A DNA stretch of 32,000 nt, taken from the NCBI RefSeq assembly GCF_000237865.1, contig NC_017459.1:2100001-2132000 (forward strand), written 5' to 3'. Position numbers and translations under genes: made by a program. The first letter of the stretch is position 1. Each line of letters starts with the position of its first letter. Below, in pieces: positions 11,234-20,708 of this stretch. The stretch is from Haloquadratum walsbyi C23. GTDB taxonomy: Archaea > Halobacteriota > Halobacteria > Halobacteriales > Haloferacaceae. The notes under the pieces are model-generated. The model saw only the letters and a program-made list of their open reading frames with translations. It ran no database searches and was not told the origin of the DNA.

Positions 11234-11326
11234 GCGCGGATGTGTGAACTGCAGTTACTTGAATTGCTCTTTCGCTCCTGATATACAGCGGTAATTAAGC
11301 CATCGATCATTGATGATGTGCGACTC

Positions 11327-11365
11327 GCTGTTGTGCTGGTGCTGGTGCTGGTGCTGTTGTTATTG
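11327..11365. repeat. hexanucleotide microsatellite (GTGCTG)n, about 4 units plus degenerate flanks
   Basis: gctgttgtgctggtgctggtgctggtgctgttgttattg read directly. Lies between the ctaA start and the RE end of relic A. Confidence 0.9.
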
Positions 11366-11396
11366 ATATATCTTTTTTGATCACTCAGCTGACCTA

Positions 11397-11590
11397 GTTG
11401 ACATCCTCTCCGCCCTGAACGGCGAGGATTCCCGACCGCAGTTGGGATATTAGGGTAGGGTTTGCAGTCTACCACTTGTTCCTGCGGTTGGAATCCGCTG
11501 GACAACCTGAAGGGAGACTCCGTGCTGTGCCAACCAACCGGCACTCCTATGCCCACCCAAATCAGGTGAAGACTCAGAGTTACTTTCGTC
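11397..11590 (-). ncRNA. putative omega-RNA/reRNA-like scaffold of relic A
   Basis: Its position (tnpB 3' end to RE) and its terminal hairpin plus GGATGTCAA terminus match the layout of TnpB guide RNAs. Stems are visible, e.g. GCGG/CCGC. There is no expression evidence. Confidence 0.35.
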
Positions 11591-11700
11591 GGTAATCTCG
11601 AGACGGATGTTTTCCGCCCCATTCACATCAGCGGTGAACGCATCATCGTGTTCGTCACGAACGTACAATCCCCGTTCGACACGCTGACTCTCTTCCTTCC
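11588..11700 (-). pseudogene. tnpB: tnpB C-terminal fragment (part of relic A)
   Basis: Translation GRKRVSVSNGGLYVRDEHDDAFTADVNGAENIRLEITDESNSES. It keeps the ADxNGAxNI signature but has no Zn-finger cysteines, no N-terminal 300+ aa and no credible start. Confidence 0.5.
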
Positions 11701-11714
11701 TACCACAAATAACC

Positions 11715-11723
11715 GATATATTT
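11715..11723 (+). promoter_or_regulatory. TATA-like box upstream of the M24 peptidase gene
   Basis: GATATATTT is centred about 31 nt upstream of the ATG at 11750. Confidence 0.3.
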
Positions 11724-11749
11724 CAAACAGATGCACCAATGATGATTGT

Positions 11750-12859
11750 ATGAACACGGATCAACTCAACCATCGTCAAGACAGAATTGAGGCGTTTCTT
11801 AATACTGAATCAATCGATGCCGTCTGGTTTGCACGTCCACAAAATTTCACATGGATAACAGGTGGGAGTAATGTTGTCGATCATACTGCCTCGATCGGTG
11901 TTGCCGCTGCTGGATATACACGAAATGATGGATTCGTCTGTATCACCACCAACATTGAGGCAGAGAGACTCCGTGCAGAGGAACTTCCCGATGAATTCAC
12001 AGTCATATCTTATGAGTGGTACGAACAATCACTCAATGCTGCTGTCGCCATGTACACACCAACAGCGAGTGTAGCGGACTTTGATTTACCAGGTGCCAAA
12101 CAGACCGCGGGGGATCAACTCCGCCGACCGCTTGCAGCGAGCGACATACAACCGTATCAAGAGGTATCCCATGAAGTCGCAATCACGATTGAGCGGGTGG
12201 CAAAAGAGATTGAGCCAGGTGATACAGAACAGGAGGTGGCAGCAGCACTCAACGCTACACATGCTGCACGTGGTATCAACACACCCGTTATTCTTGTTGG
12301 GAAGTGTGACCGTGTATCAACATGTCGACATTTTATCCCAACAATGGCGACAATTGACTCATGTGTGACGATATCAGTGACAGCAGAGCGAAACGGACGT
12401 CATGTGAGTGCAACGCGAACAGTAGCGTTTGAGGAATCAATACTGAGGAGACTTCGTGAACATCATGACATGGCGATGCGTGTTGAGGTAACAGCACTGG
12501 ATGCGACTCGAGAAGCAGCACGGAATGATGGAACTGCAGCTGATGTATTTGATGCCATCAGTGACGCATATGAGACACTTGGAGAGTCAGACGAATGGCG
12601 CCAACACCACCAGGGGGGTGCAACGGGATTCATGGGTCGAGAGTGGATAGCAACGCCTGACAGTAACGAAAAAATTGAGTCACCACTCGCATACGCGTAT
12701 AACCCAACTGTTCACCGGGCAAAATCAGAAGATACAGCATTGCTTATCGATGATACCATAGAAGTGGTCTCAACGACTGATAACTGGCCAACGCAGCGTG
12801 TTACCTCCTGTCAAAGTTCGTTTGGAATTGACCAACATAAAGTGCTTGATGCGAGTTAA
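11750..12859 (+). CDS. M24 family metallopeptidase (Xaa-Pro aminopeptidase/creatinase-like)
   Basis: Creatinase-like N-domain (IDAVWFARPQNFTWITGG) and a pita-bread C-domain (HHQGGATGF..., ED at the metal-ligand position). The frame opens at 11648 inside relic A, and the ATG at 11750 is the plausible start. Confidence 0.8.
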   Translation: MNTDQLNHRQDRIEAFLNTESIDAVWFARPQNFTWITGGSNVVDHTASIGVAAAGYTRNDGFVCITTNIEAERLRAEELPDEFTVISYEWYEQSLNAAVAMYTPTASVADFDLPGAKQTAGDQLRRPLAASDIQPYQEVSHEVAITIERVAKEIEPGDTEQEVAAALNATHAARGINTPVILVGKCDRVSTCRHFIPTMATIDSCVTISVTAERNGRHVSATRTVAFEESILRRLREHHDMAMRVEVTALDATREAARNDGTAADVFDAISDAYETLGESDEWRQHHQGGATGFMGREWIATPDSNEKIESPLAYAYNPTVHRAKSEDTALLIDDTIEVVSTTDNWPTQRVTSCQSSFGIDQHKVLDAS

Positions 12860-12975
12860 CTCTTCAGGGATTTCGCTATTTGAGAGAAATCACTCATTTT
12901 TGAGTATATTGTTCGTTATCTGTCGAAATACGCTTCGACAGTCACCTTTTTGAATCCTGGCTTCGTCCGGCGAAT

Positions 12976-15222
12976 ATGGGATTAGAAGATGACGCGCGTG
13001 ATTATCATCGCGAAGACCCATCTGGCAAACTTGAGATTTCAACGACAAAGCCGACAAACACACAGCGTGATCTGTCTCTTGCATATTCACCCGGGGTAGC
13101 GGCGCCATGTCGGGATATTGCTGAGGATTCCACCCGCGGGTACGAATACACTGCAAAAGGAAATCTTGTTGCTGTCGTCTCAAATGGGAGTGCTGTGCTT
13201 GGACTTGGCGATATCGGTGCACAAGCATCAAAGCCAGTGATGGAAGGTAAAGGTGTACTGTTCAAACGGTTTGCTGATATTGATGTATTTGATCTCGAAC
13301 TTGATCTGGCAGACCCAACAGATATCATCAATTCAGTCAGTGCAATGGAACCGACATTTGGTGGAATAAATCTTGAGGATATCAAAGCACCCGAATGCTT
13401 TGAAATCGAATCACAGCTTCGAGAAGAAATGGACATTCCGGTATTCCATGATGATCAACATGGAACGGCAATTATCTCAGGCGCTGCGTTATTGAACGCT
13501 GCTGATATTGTCGGTAAGGATCTGTCTGAATTGAATATTGTCTTTTCAGGTGCTGGCGCCTCAGCAATTTCGACGGCGCGATTTTATCTTTCACTTGGTG
13601 CGAAAAAAGAGAATATTATTATGTGTGACTCAAGCGGTGTGATTAGCTCCGACCGTGAGTCGCTCAATAGATATAAATCAGAGTTCGCAGCAGATGTTCC
13701 TGCCGAAACGCTTGCAGAGGCGATGGAGGGAGCAGATGTTTTTGTTGGTCTGTCCGTCGGAGGGATTGTCTCAGAAGAAATGATTGCTTCAATGGCTGCA
13801 GATCCAATTGTTTTCGCAATGGCAAACCCCGATCCCGAGATTGGATATGTGGAAGCCAAAAACGCTCGGGATGATACCGTTGTCATGGCAACAGGTCGAT
13901 CTGATTATCCAAATCAAGTGAACAACGTTCTTGGATTTCCGTTTATTTTCCGTGGAGCACTCGACGTTCGCGCAACTGAAATTAACGAAACAATGAAACG
14001 TGCTGCTGCTGAGGCACTCGCCGACCTTGCTCGTCAAGATGTCCCTGATGCTGTTGTGAAAGCATATGGTGAGCAACCACTGCAGTTTGGTCCCGAGTAT
14101 CTCATTCCAAAGCCGGTTGATCCCCGAGTTCTTTTTGAGGTCGCACCAGCAGTGGCACAGGCGGCTATTGAGTCAGGATGTGCAAGGCGTGATATTGATA
14201 CTGACATCTATGAGGAGCAACTTGAGGCCCGTCTTGGAAAATCCCGCGAGATGATGCGTGTTGTCTTGAATAAGGCAAAGTCAAATCCAAAACGTGTTGC
14301 ACTCGCAGAGGGACACGATGAGAAAATTATCCGAGCAGCCTATCAGATGCATGAACAAGGGATTGCACAGCCTATTCTCGTTGGTGACAAATCAGAGATT
14401 GTCGCCACGGCAAGTGAACTTGGGCTCGAATTCGGTCCTGAAATTGTTGATCCAAGCGATGAAACATGGGACCATTACACCGATAGACTCTATGAACTGC
14501 GTCGTCGAAAAGGAGTAACTCGAAACGAAGCAGAAGAACTCATCAGTGGCAATAGTAATTATTTCGCGAGTGTCATGGTTGAACAGGGTGACGCTGATGC
14601 GATGTTGACTGGACTCACTCATCACTACCCATCAGCGCTTCGTCCACCATTACAGGTAATCGGAACCGCACCCGAGGCAGACTACGCCGCCGGTGTGTAC
14701 CTTCTTACCTTCAAAAATCAAGTTGTATTTGCTGCCGACACGACAGTCAATCTCGCACCGGAAGCAGATGTTCTCGCGGAGATTACCAAACATACTGCAA
14801 GTCTCGCCCGTCGATTTAATATCGAGCCCCGAGCAGCAATGCTCTCATACTCAAACTTTGGGAGTGTCGAAAACGACGGGACGAAGAGACTGCAAGATGC
14901 TGTTACATCATTACATGATGACCCTGCAGTTGACTTCCCGGTCGATGGAGAGATGCAAGCGGATACTGCAGTTATTGAGGATATTCTCACAGAAACATAT
15001 GATTTCTCAGACCTCGATGAACCAGCGAATGTCTTGGTCTTTCCAAATCTTGAAGCCGGAAATATTGGATATAAATTACTTCAACGACTTGGTGGTGCAG
15101 AGGCAATCGGTCCGATGCTTGTTGGCATGGACAAACCCGTTCATGTACTCCAGCGTGGTGACGAAGTCAAAGATATCGTGAACTTAGCTGGCGTTGCTGT
15201 TGTTGATGCACAAAACGATTGA
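12976..15222 (+). CDS. maeB: NADP-dependent malic enzyme with a phosphotransacetylase-like C-terminal domain
   Basis: 748 aa. Malic-enzyme N-domain ([13 protein letters not shown]), NAD(P)-binding GAGASAIS, and a PTA-like C-terminal half ([12 protein letters not shown]..., [14 protein letters not shown]). Confidence 0.95.
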   Translation: MGLEDDARDYHREDPSGKLEISTTKPTNTQRDLSLAYSPGVAAPCRDIAEDSTRGYEYTAKGNLVAVVSNGSAVLGLGDIGAQASKPVMEGKGVLFKRFADIDVFDLELDLADPTDIINSVSAMEPTFGGINLEDIKAPECFEIESQLREEMDIPVFHDDQHGTAIISGAALLNAADIVGKDLSELNIVFSGAGASAISTARFYLSLGAKKENIIMCDSSGVISSDRESLNRYKSEFAADVPAETLAEAMEGADVFVGLSVGGIVSEEMIASMAADPIVFAMANPDPEIGYVEAKNARDDTVVMATGRSDYPNQVNNVLGFPFIFRGALDVRATEINETMKRAAAEALADLARQDVPDAVVKAYGEQPLQFGPEYLIPKPVDPRVLFEVAPAVAQAAIESGCARRDIDTDIYEEQLEARLGKSREMMRVVLNKAKSNPKRVALAEGHDEKIIRAAYQMHEQGIAQPILVGDKSEIVATASELGLEFGPEIVDPSDETWDHYTDRLYELRRRKGVTRNEAEELISGNSNYFASVMVEQGDADAMLTGLTHHYPSALRPPLQVIGTAPEADYAAGVYLLTFKNQVVFAADTTVNLAPEADVLAEITKHTASLARRFNIEPRAAMLSYSNFGSVENDGTKRLQDAVTSLHDDPAVDFPVDGEMQADTAVIEDILTETYDFSDLDEPANVLVFPNLEAGNIGYKLLQRLGGAEAIGPMLVGMDKPVHVLQRGDEVKDIVNLAGVAVVDAQND

Positions 15223-15282
15223 TAATCTAGAATAAAACTTTACGATGAAGACGAACCCGACTAATATGCTGGTGGTCGGCAA

Positions 15283-15545
15283 TTGACATCCTCCTCCGGG
15301 TTCACGCGGAGGAATCCCGAGCGGTGGGAGTTTCAGGTTTAACACTCCCACCCCCACCGAACAACCAGCCAGTGCGAATCTGAAGGGTTATTCGCGGTCT
15401 GAGACGGGGGCGGGTTGGACTGCTGGCGGTGCCAAGCCGCCGGTACTCCTACTCCTATTCTCGACCATGTACGGCGTCCAAGCGCAAGCGTTGTTTTTGC
15501 CGCAGGGACGCCGGCAGGCGTTAGCAAACTCGGAGTTACTTTCTG
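15283..15545 (-). ncRNA. putative omega-RNA/reRNA-like scaffold of relic B
   Basis: Stems read directly: GGCGTCC 15473-15479 / GGACGCC 15506-15512; GCGAAT 15374-15379 / ATTCGC 15390-15395; GTGGGAGT 15324-15331 / ACTCCCAC 15344-15351; terminal CCTCCG/CGGAGG hairpin. Not tested for expression. Confidence 0.4.
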
Positions 15546-15942
15546 TGGTGTTTTCAAGCAGTCGGGCACTGCAACTGCATCTGCATCGGTTCATTATAGG
15601 AACCGACCGTTCACCAGACTGGTTCCGATGATTGTCTTATTGCTTGGGGCGGACAGGCCGCCATCGTCGGACTGGCGGGAATCGCTCTGTTTCCAACCGA
15701 TTCCTGTTTTATCGCGTGGTTGCCTGTAATTTAAACGTGTGTATTTTGAAATTTGAATCGAGCGACGACAGTCGGATTTTGGAGGGCGTGACGGCGCGTA
15801 TCCACGGCCTGTAATGCTCCTGAAAACTTATTGAGGAATTCAATTCAAAATCTTGGCATAGAGTAGCTGCTGATACTGCTGCATAGGACCGATGGTTCAA
15901 AATGTTTCATGAAGTACTAAAGGCCGTGGTATTGCGCCTGCT
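15283..15942 (-). mobile_element. relic B: non-autonomous IS200/IS605 (IS1341-group) derivative (PATE-like) with both ends
   Basis: RE terminus on the minus strand: GGGATTCCTCCGCGTGAACCCGGAGGAGGATGTCAAT ending at about 15283. A decayed tnpB 3' remnant lies at about 15545-15600 (ARLLENTTESNSEF versus A IRLEITDESNSES). LE hairpin arms are at 15794-15809 and 15922-15937. It shares the 15-mer GTGGTATTGCGCCTG with relic C and a 37-nt perfect block (15639-15675) with relic F. Confidence 0.65.
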
Positions 15943-16090
15943 CAGCATATAACGAAGATTGACTCAGTACCAGTTTTTTTGATCAAAATGAGGTGAGAGA
16001 CATACTCTCTGGTATCAGTGAAATATTATCAGTGAATAGTGAACTAGGAAATAGCCAGTATCGGATGACAAGATGACGGGTTGTAGCAGA

Positions 16091-16906
16091 TTAATCACTC
16101 GCGTATCCACATCCATCAAAACGTGATGGTGGTGGAATATCATCATCGCTGTCATTGCTATCGGTATTATAAGACCGTCTATCTGTGGCTGTACGTGTCG
16201 ATGCTGCTGACTCTGTTTGCGTGCGTCGTTGGCGTCGTTGTCCTCGTTGTCGTTGTTGGTCGTGTAGTGATTCCGACGGAGATGTTTGTTGCACACTGAT
16301 ACAGTCTGAGGTGTACGGTACGTTTGGAATAATACACCGCTCTTTCCGACGATTGACATGATCGTACTCATGCGGTGTATTCGCTAGTGGATGAGCCGGG
16401 TTTTCACGACCATCAATACGAGCTGCGCGAAGTGATCCAAAGCCAGCAATCCGAGCGCGAATTCCTCGCCAATGGTGCTCGCTTCCAGGGGGAACACAGC
16501 ATGTATCAACAGGTCGCCACTCAGGATCCCCCGCAGCAAGAACCTCACCATTCACTGTTGCAGCAAGATCGTCATGATCGACAAGAACGCCAACACGAAT
16601 GTCTGCTGGAGCACGCGCTGCAAGAACGTCAAGTCCAAGATGAAGCGCGCGATATTCAGCGACATTGTTATCCGGCGCAACATCAGAAACAGATACTCGC
16701 GCAACGCGCGTTCCATCGCGTGTTTCAATGACAGCACCAAGTCCGCCACCGTTACGACGGTATGACCCATCAGTCGCAACATAAAAATGCCGATGATGTG
16801 TCTGCGGTGGATGAGCAATGTGGGGTGTTGGTGAGTCATCAAACAGGTCACGGAGCGTTTGCCGGCCATACGCGCCCATAAATGTATTTAGTGAGTGAGT
16901 AATCAT
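16091..16906 (-). CDS. rnhA: RNase HI-like (RNase H type 1 fold) protein with a long low-complexity C-terminal tail
   Basis: FYVATDGSYRRNGGGLGAVI (first catalytic Asp), DNNVAEYRALHLGL (Glu), VLVDHDD (Asp), RENPAHPLAN (His at the usual AD.LA position). About 90 extra C-terminal residues include QQRQRGQRRQRRTQ. The gene symbol is tentative. Confidence 0.75.
   Translation of the reverse strand: MITHSLNTFMGAYGRQTLRDLFDDSPTPHIAHPPQTHHRHFYVATDGSYRRNGGGLGAVIETRDGTRVARVSVSDVAPDNNVAEYRALHLGLDVLAARAPADIRVGVLVDHDDLAATVNGEVLAAGDPEWRPVDTCCVPPGSEHHWRGIRARIAGFGSLRAARIDGRENPAHPLANTPHEYDHVNRRKERCIIPNVPYTSDCISVQQTSPSESLHDQQRQRGQRRQRRTQTESAASTRTATDRRSYNTDSNDSDDDIPPPSRFDGCGYASD
16224..16259. repeat. four tandem 9-nt units (CGTCGTTGK) inside the RNase H-like gene tail
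   Basis: cgtcgttgg cgtcgttgt cctcgttgt cgttgttgg read directly. In the gene's frame they encode the Gln/Arg-rich tract. Confidence 0.85.
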
Positions 16907-17164
16907 AAATATATTGTCGAAACAAAAATGAATGACTCCGGTTCGGTTCTCGAAAATGGGAAACTAATCAAAAAGTGATATTATGATTGGTTTTCATTGC
17001 TCAGAAACTAACTGTGGCGGATGGTGAGTGCCTAGTGTTTGGCGTTGAGCTACATTTGGTATCGCCCGCGGTATGAAAAGCAGTCTCTCAATCGAATCGA
17101 ATAGACAATTATCTATGATAATAAATACTAAAATAAAACGCATAATGTTTAGACAGTCGCCCAC

Positions 17165-18100
17165 ATGAGAATACCGGTGAGACGGTATCGAACAATTGGA
17201 TTGTTTATTATTCTTGCAGGCGCATGGGGCTCGGCATTTATGGCTATTAAGGCTGGCTTACCGTATATTCCACCAGTCCTCTTTGCAGCATTACGATACG
17301 ATATTGCTGGTATCCTCATGCTCGGATATGCATTAGCGCAAACCGACCAACCGGTCCCACAAACACAATCAGGATGGGCAAGCGTCGGCGCTGGCGCAAT
17401 ACTGATTTTTGCCGGATATCATGCGTTATTATTTATTGGTGAAACCGACCCAGCAGTCACCTCTGCGGCTGCCGCGGTCATTGTCAGCCTGAGTCCGATG
17501 CTTACGACTGGATTTGCTCGCGTCTTCCTTCCAACGGAGCGACTTACTCTTGTTGGGTTTTTTGGCGTGGTCCTTGGTCTCATTGGCGTTATTGTGCTCT
17601 CATCGCCAGATCTGCAGAACATTGTTGCTGGCGGGGCTGTTGCGAAGTTACTCATCTTCGCCGCTGCAACTGCATTCGCACTTGGCTCAGTGTTAACACG
17701 TCGACTTGATGCGAACCTGCCAATCGAGACAATGGAAGCATGGTCGATGCTTGGCGGGGCAGCACTGATGCATGGTGTTAGTCTTTTATTGGGTGAATCA
17801 TTCACTGCGATTGAGTGGACGACGGAAGCAATCCTTGCTTTAGCATATCTCGCAGTTGTCGCAAGCGCGCTTGGATTTCTCATTTACTTCCGACTATTAG
17901 AGCAACTGGGGGCGATTGAGATTAACCTCGTTTCATATGTCGCACCGATATTTGCAGCCTTAGCTGGGTGGATTTTCTTGAGTGAGATCCCGACAATAGC
18001 GACGGTTATCGGGTTCATAATCATCTTTATTGGATTCACGCTTCTGAAACGGGATGCAATCCGTGATGAACTCCCACAAATTCGTCAGGCACTCAATTAA
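17165..18100 (+). CDS. DMT superfamily transporter (EamA family)
   Basis: 311 aa, about 10 predicted TM helices in two EamA-like halves (GAWGSAFMAIKAGL...; second-half LGSVLTRRL...). Confidence 0.9.
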   Translation: MRIPVRRYRTIGLFIILAGAWGSAFMAIKAGLPYIPPVLFAALRYDIAGILMLGYALAQTDQPVPQTQSGWASVGAGAILIFAGYHALLFIGETDPAVTSAAAAVIVSLSPMLTTGFARVFLPTERLTLVGFFGVVLGLIGVIVLSSPDLQNIVAGGAVAKLLIFAAATAFALGSVLTRRLDANLPIETMEAWSMLGGAALMHGVSLLLGESFTAIEWTTEAILALAYLAVVASALGFLIYFRLLEQLGAIEINLVSYVAPIFAALAGWIFLSEIPTIATVIGFIIIFIGFTLLKRDAIRDELPQIRQALN

Positions 18101-18246
18101 CGATCCCCAATTGATTTTTCATGAGCCAATGATCAGAGTAACATACAGACGCACTCATTATCCGGAAAGATACCCTCTGTGAATGATGTGGAGTAAAGCG
18201 CTCAAATGAGTATATTTACCACAATAGAAAATGGGGCTACTGTGAG

Positions 18247-18654
18247 TCAGTCTTCCGTATTGACTTCATTGATGTCCTCTGGGTCAAGTGTAATCTCATC
18301 AGTTGCTTCAGTTGTTGATTCGGTACTAGCTTCGTTTCCGTTATCAGGAGTGCTATGAGTGTCATCAGTATTATTCTGGTCAACTGCTTCAACTCGAAGC
18401 ACCTCACCAACAAATGTCCATTCATCCGAAGAGTCGCTGCGACGCCCAGCGATGACTTCTTCCCCATCATCGCTCGTCATGAATCGATACGGCGTTTCAT
18501 CATCGATGCGATGTCCCTCACCTTGGAATTCTGCTTGAAAGAACTCGGCGTTATGTATCTCAAAGACACCTGAGCTTCCATCGGATAAAAATAACCGAAC
18601 AGGCGCCGGAGAGATCGTATCAATCTGTTTCGCCACCGGGTTCAGTTCAGCCAT
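18247..18654 (-). CDS. hypothetical acidic protein
   Basis: 135-aa ORF with an ATG start, haloarchaeal acidic composition and an acidic Thr/Glu/Asp C-terminal tail. It is co-directional downstream of cmk. I recognise no domain. Confidence 0.55.
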   Translation of the reverse strand: MAELNPVAKQIDTISPAPVRLFLSDGSSGVFEIHNAEFFQAEFQGEGHRIDDETPYRFMTSDDGEEVIAGRRSDSSDEWTFVGEVLRVEAVDQNNTDDTHSTPDNGNEASTESTTEATDEITLDPEDINEVNTED

Positions 18655-18800
18655 TGTCTATTGATACATTTGTTATCGATTCAAAAATTATTGTCGGCTA
18701 TGCAGTGAGTAAATGATAATTATAGTGTGTATAATTCAAATGTCACCGTCGACAATGACGCGCATATCACTGGTGGAAAAAAGACAATACTGTTAATCAA

Positions 18801-19415
18801 TTATACCGCGACGTCATCAGTCTTGAATGCGCCCTCGTCATCAGTTGGCTCGTACTCATCAATCGCGGTCAATACCATCTCAAGCGATGCATCCTTACCC
18901 CATCGTGCAGTATTAATTGAGAGGTCATAGAACGACTGATCAGTGACATCGATATTATAATATGATTTATATCGACCAGCCTCACTTACCTCTCGAACGC
19001 GCATTTCAGCTTCCATTTCATCGCGGTCACGCGTCCGCTCAACACGGACTTCATCTGGTGCATCAAGCCAGATACGAAGATCTGCGCGGTTACCAGCAAG
19101 CCATCCAGCGAGACGCGCCTCAAGTATGAATGGGTTGTTTGCTGCACCCCATTTTTCCGCTATTGTGCGAAGTCGACGATCAAGCGCGCGGTCAATCTCA
19201 TCAGTCTCGTCGGTTTTCGCAATGAGTTGCGATAGCGACATCCCTCGTTCATCAGCAAGATCTCGGAAAATGTCTCCACCAGAGACGTATCCACAATTAA
19301 GCGCCTCTGAAAGCCCATCACAGAGGGTTGTCGCACCACAACCGGGCGGTCCGGAGACTGTAATGAAGAGATTACTATCAACTGACCGCACGGTTGAGGT
19401 ACTCTTGTCTGTCAT
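18801..19415 (-). CDS. cmk: archaeal-type (d)CMP/cytidylate kinase
   Basis: P-loop ITVSGPPGCGATT. The pattern GGDIFR..ERGMSL...ID...LEARLAGWLA...ADLRIWLDAP.EVR..R...R...YYNIDVTD.S.YDLSINT matches archaeal Cmk. Confidence 0.85.
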   Translation of the reverse strand: MTDKSTSTVRSVDSNLFITVSGPPGCGATTLCDGLSEALNCGYVSGGDIFRDLADERGMSLSQLIAKTDETDEIDRALDRRLRTIAEKWGAANNPFILEARLAGWLAGNRADLRIWLDAPDEVRVERTRDRDEMEAEMRVREVSEAGRYKSYYNIDVTDQSFYDLSINTARWGKDASLEMVLTAIDEYEPTDDEGAFKTDDVAV

Positions 19416-19646
19416 GATACCTGAGGATTCCCGTCATCGCAGAAAAACCCGCGGAAATAAATACGACAAATGTAAAATGTCCAATATGAAATTTATTAGT
19501 TTGATATATAGATATATGTGTATAAATGTCATATCTTGAATCCAATTTGATTGGCACATCTCCTGCGTATATCCACTAGTTAGATGATCACTTTTGATTG
19601 CGATCGCCACTCGTTACCGGGTTGATCAATTAAACCGAATATACCG

Positions 19647-20306
19647 ATGAGCAACGATAATTTATCACATGCCGAGTACATCGCTGAATTGCGCGCCAAC
19701 CGAGATGAAAAAGACGATTTCTTTAATTCACATTCACAATCACCACTCTCAGATAATGCACGTGAAACATTTGATGGGCTATCATACTTCGACGCGGACC
19801 CATCATGGCGTGTCACAGCAGTAACTGAGACGCTTGCTGTTGACCCTGATAATAAAAAGAGCACAGTCACTGAGAGTAACGGACAACAACAGGACTCATC
19901 GAAGGATGTGGTCTATGAGCCAGTTCCAATGGAGACCTCGACCGGTGAGACAGTCAGGTATGTCCGTGTCGCCAAATTCCAGTTTGAGCGGGGAGACACA
20001 ACACATCAACTCATTGGCTATCGACAGCGCCCAGATGATCAAGATGAAGCATTGTTTGTTCCATTTCGCGATAAAACAACTGGGCAGGAAACATATGCTG
20101 GTGGACGATATCTTGAGTTACATCCAAACAAGCCACTTGCTGATGGCTCAACAGTTATAATTGACTTCAATCTTGCATATACCCCATTCTGTGCATATAA
20201 TAATGCCTTCTCGTGTCCACGTCCGCCAGAAGAAAACTGGCTTGATATTCCTGTGCGTGCTGGTGAACGTGACTGGACCGGAGATACAGCGATGTTCACT
20301 GAGTGA
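19647..20306 (+). CDS. DUF1684 domain protein
   Basis: FVPFRDKTTGQETYAGGRYLEL ... DFNLAYTPFCAYNNAFSCPRPPEENWLDIPVRAGE is the characteristic DUF1684 C-terminal signature. Confidence 0.85.
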   Translation: MSNDNLSHAEYIAELRANRDEKDDFFNSHSQSPLSDNARETFDGLSYFDADPSWRVTAVTETLAVDPDNKKSTVTESNGQQQDSSKDVVYEPVPMETSTGETVRYVRVAKFQFERGDTTHQLIGYRQRPDDQDEALFVPFRDKTTGQETYAGGRYLELHPNKPLADGSTVIIDFNLAYTPFCAYNNAFSCPRPPEENWLDIPVRAGERDWTGDTAMFTE

Positions 20307-20424
20307 AATATGACAATTAATGAAACTACTTATGTCCCAAAATAGAGTATATATAAATTAATACTGACATTTCTAAAGCTAAGAAAACACAAACACCATA
20401 TTCGCTCATTCGCATTCCCTCTGT

Positions 20425-20613
20425 ATGGGATTCCTCAGTAACCGACGAGTACTCATCGGTGCAGTATTTATGATTGTTGGGACAGTCCTTCTGCTACCAG
20501 CAGTATTACCAAATATCGGAGAGTTGTTCACGTATGCACTTCTCCCCGGAGCTGCACTGCTCATATATGGAACATGGCTTGTTGGAACCTCAGAGAGTGG
20601 TCCGGCAGTATGA
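20425..20613 (+). CDS. small membrane protein (2 TM), hypothetical
   Basis: 62-aa ORF with two hydrophobic helices (VLIGAVFMIVGTVLLLPAVL; YALLPGAALLIYGTWLV). The antisense 110-aa ORF looks non-coding (Cys/Arg/Ser-rich). Confidence 0.4.
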   Translation: MGFLSNRRVLIGAVFMIVGTVLLLPAVLPNIGELFTYALLPGAALLIYGTWLVGTSESGPAV

Positions 20614-20708
20614 ATGCGTGACACAATGATCACCAGGCTGGTGCGTTCTGAAATAGCGCAATAGGTGTTCTTTTCAGTGTTGCTGCAAATTATATCGACA
20701 GTATATCG

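Larger units (their letters stand above)
11397..11700 (-). mobile_element. relic A: 3' fragment of an IS200/IS605 (IS1341-group) element, with a decayed tnpB C-terminus and RE but no LE
   Basis: The minus strand reads ...FTADVNGAENIRLE (TnpB RuvC-III-like motif). GC-rich structured sequence follows, ending in GGGAATCCTCGCCGTTCAGGGCGGAGAGGATGTCAAC at 11397. It shares GAAAGTAACTCYGAGT, GGAGTRCCGG..TTGGCAC and CCCTTCAG blocks with relic B. Confidence 0.6.

Noticed and set aside
11327-11365. Possible relationship between the (GTGCTG)n tract next to relic A, which reads STSTSTST on the minus strand, and the (TS)n-coding repeat in the HK gene (27271-27300).
   Set aside because: The similarity is limited to low-complexity hexamers, and the flanks do not align. 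Independent slippage is the simpler explanation.
15339-15900. Short ORFs inside the GC-rich relics (15339-15900; also 22415-23046 and 11230-11668).
   Set aside because: They overlap each other in several frames. They are Pro/Arg/Cys/Gly-rich or run through microsatellites, and they coincide with conserved hairpins. They are better explained as non-coding element sequence with fragments of decayed tnpB.
17167-17188. GAGAATACC followed by the hairpin ATACCG-gtgaga-CGGTAT at the 5' end of the DMT transporter gene, resembling the GGAGAATACC-hairpin LE motif of relics F and G.
   Set aside because: The shared 9-mer is expected by chance in 64 kb of two-strand sequence. The region is coding (MRIPVRRYRT), and no further similarity follows.
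19424-19434. The 11-mer GAGGATTCCCG just upstream of the cmk start is identical to part of the relic A RE hairpin (11424-11434).
   Set aside because: There is no complementary arm, no GGATGTCAA terminus and no flanking similarity. It may be a last trace of an element, but a single 11-mer is not enough.
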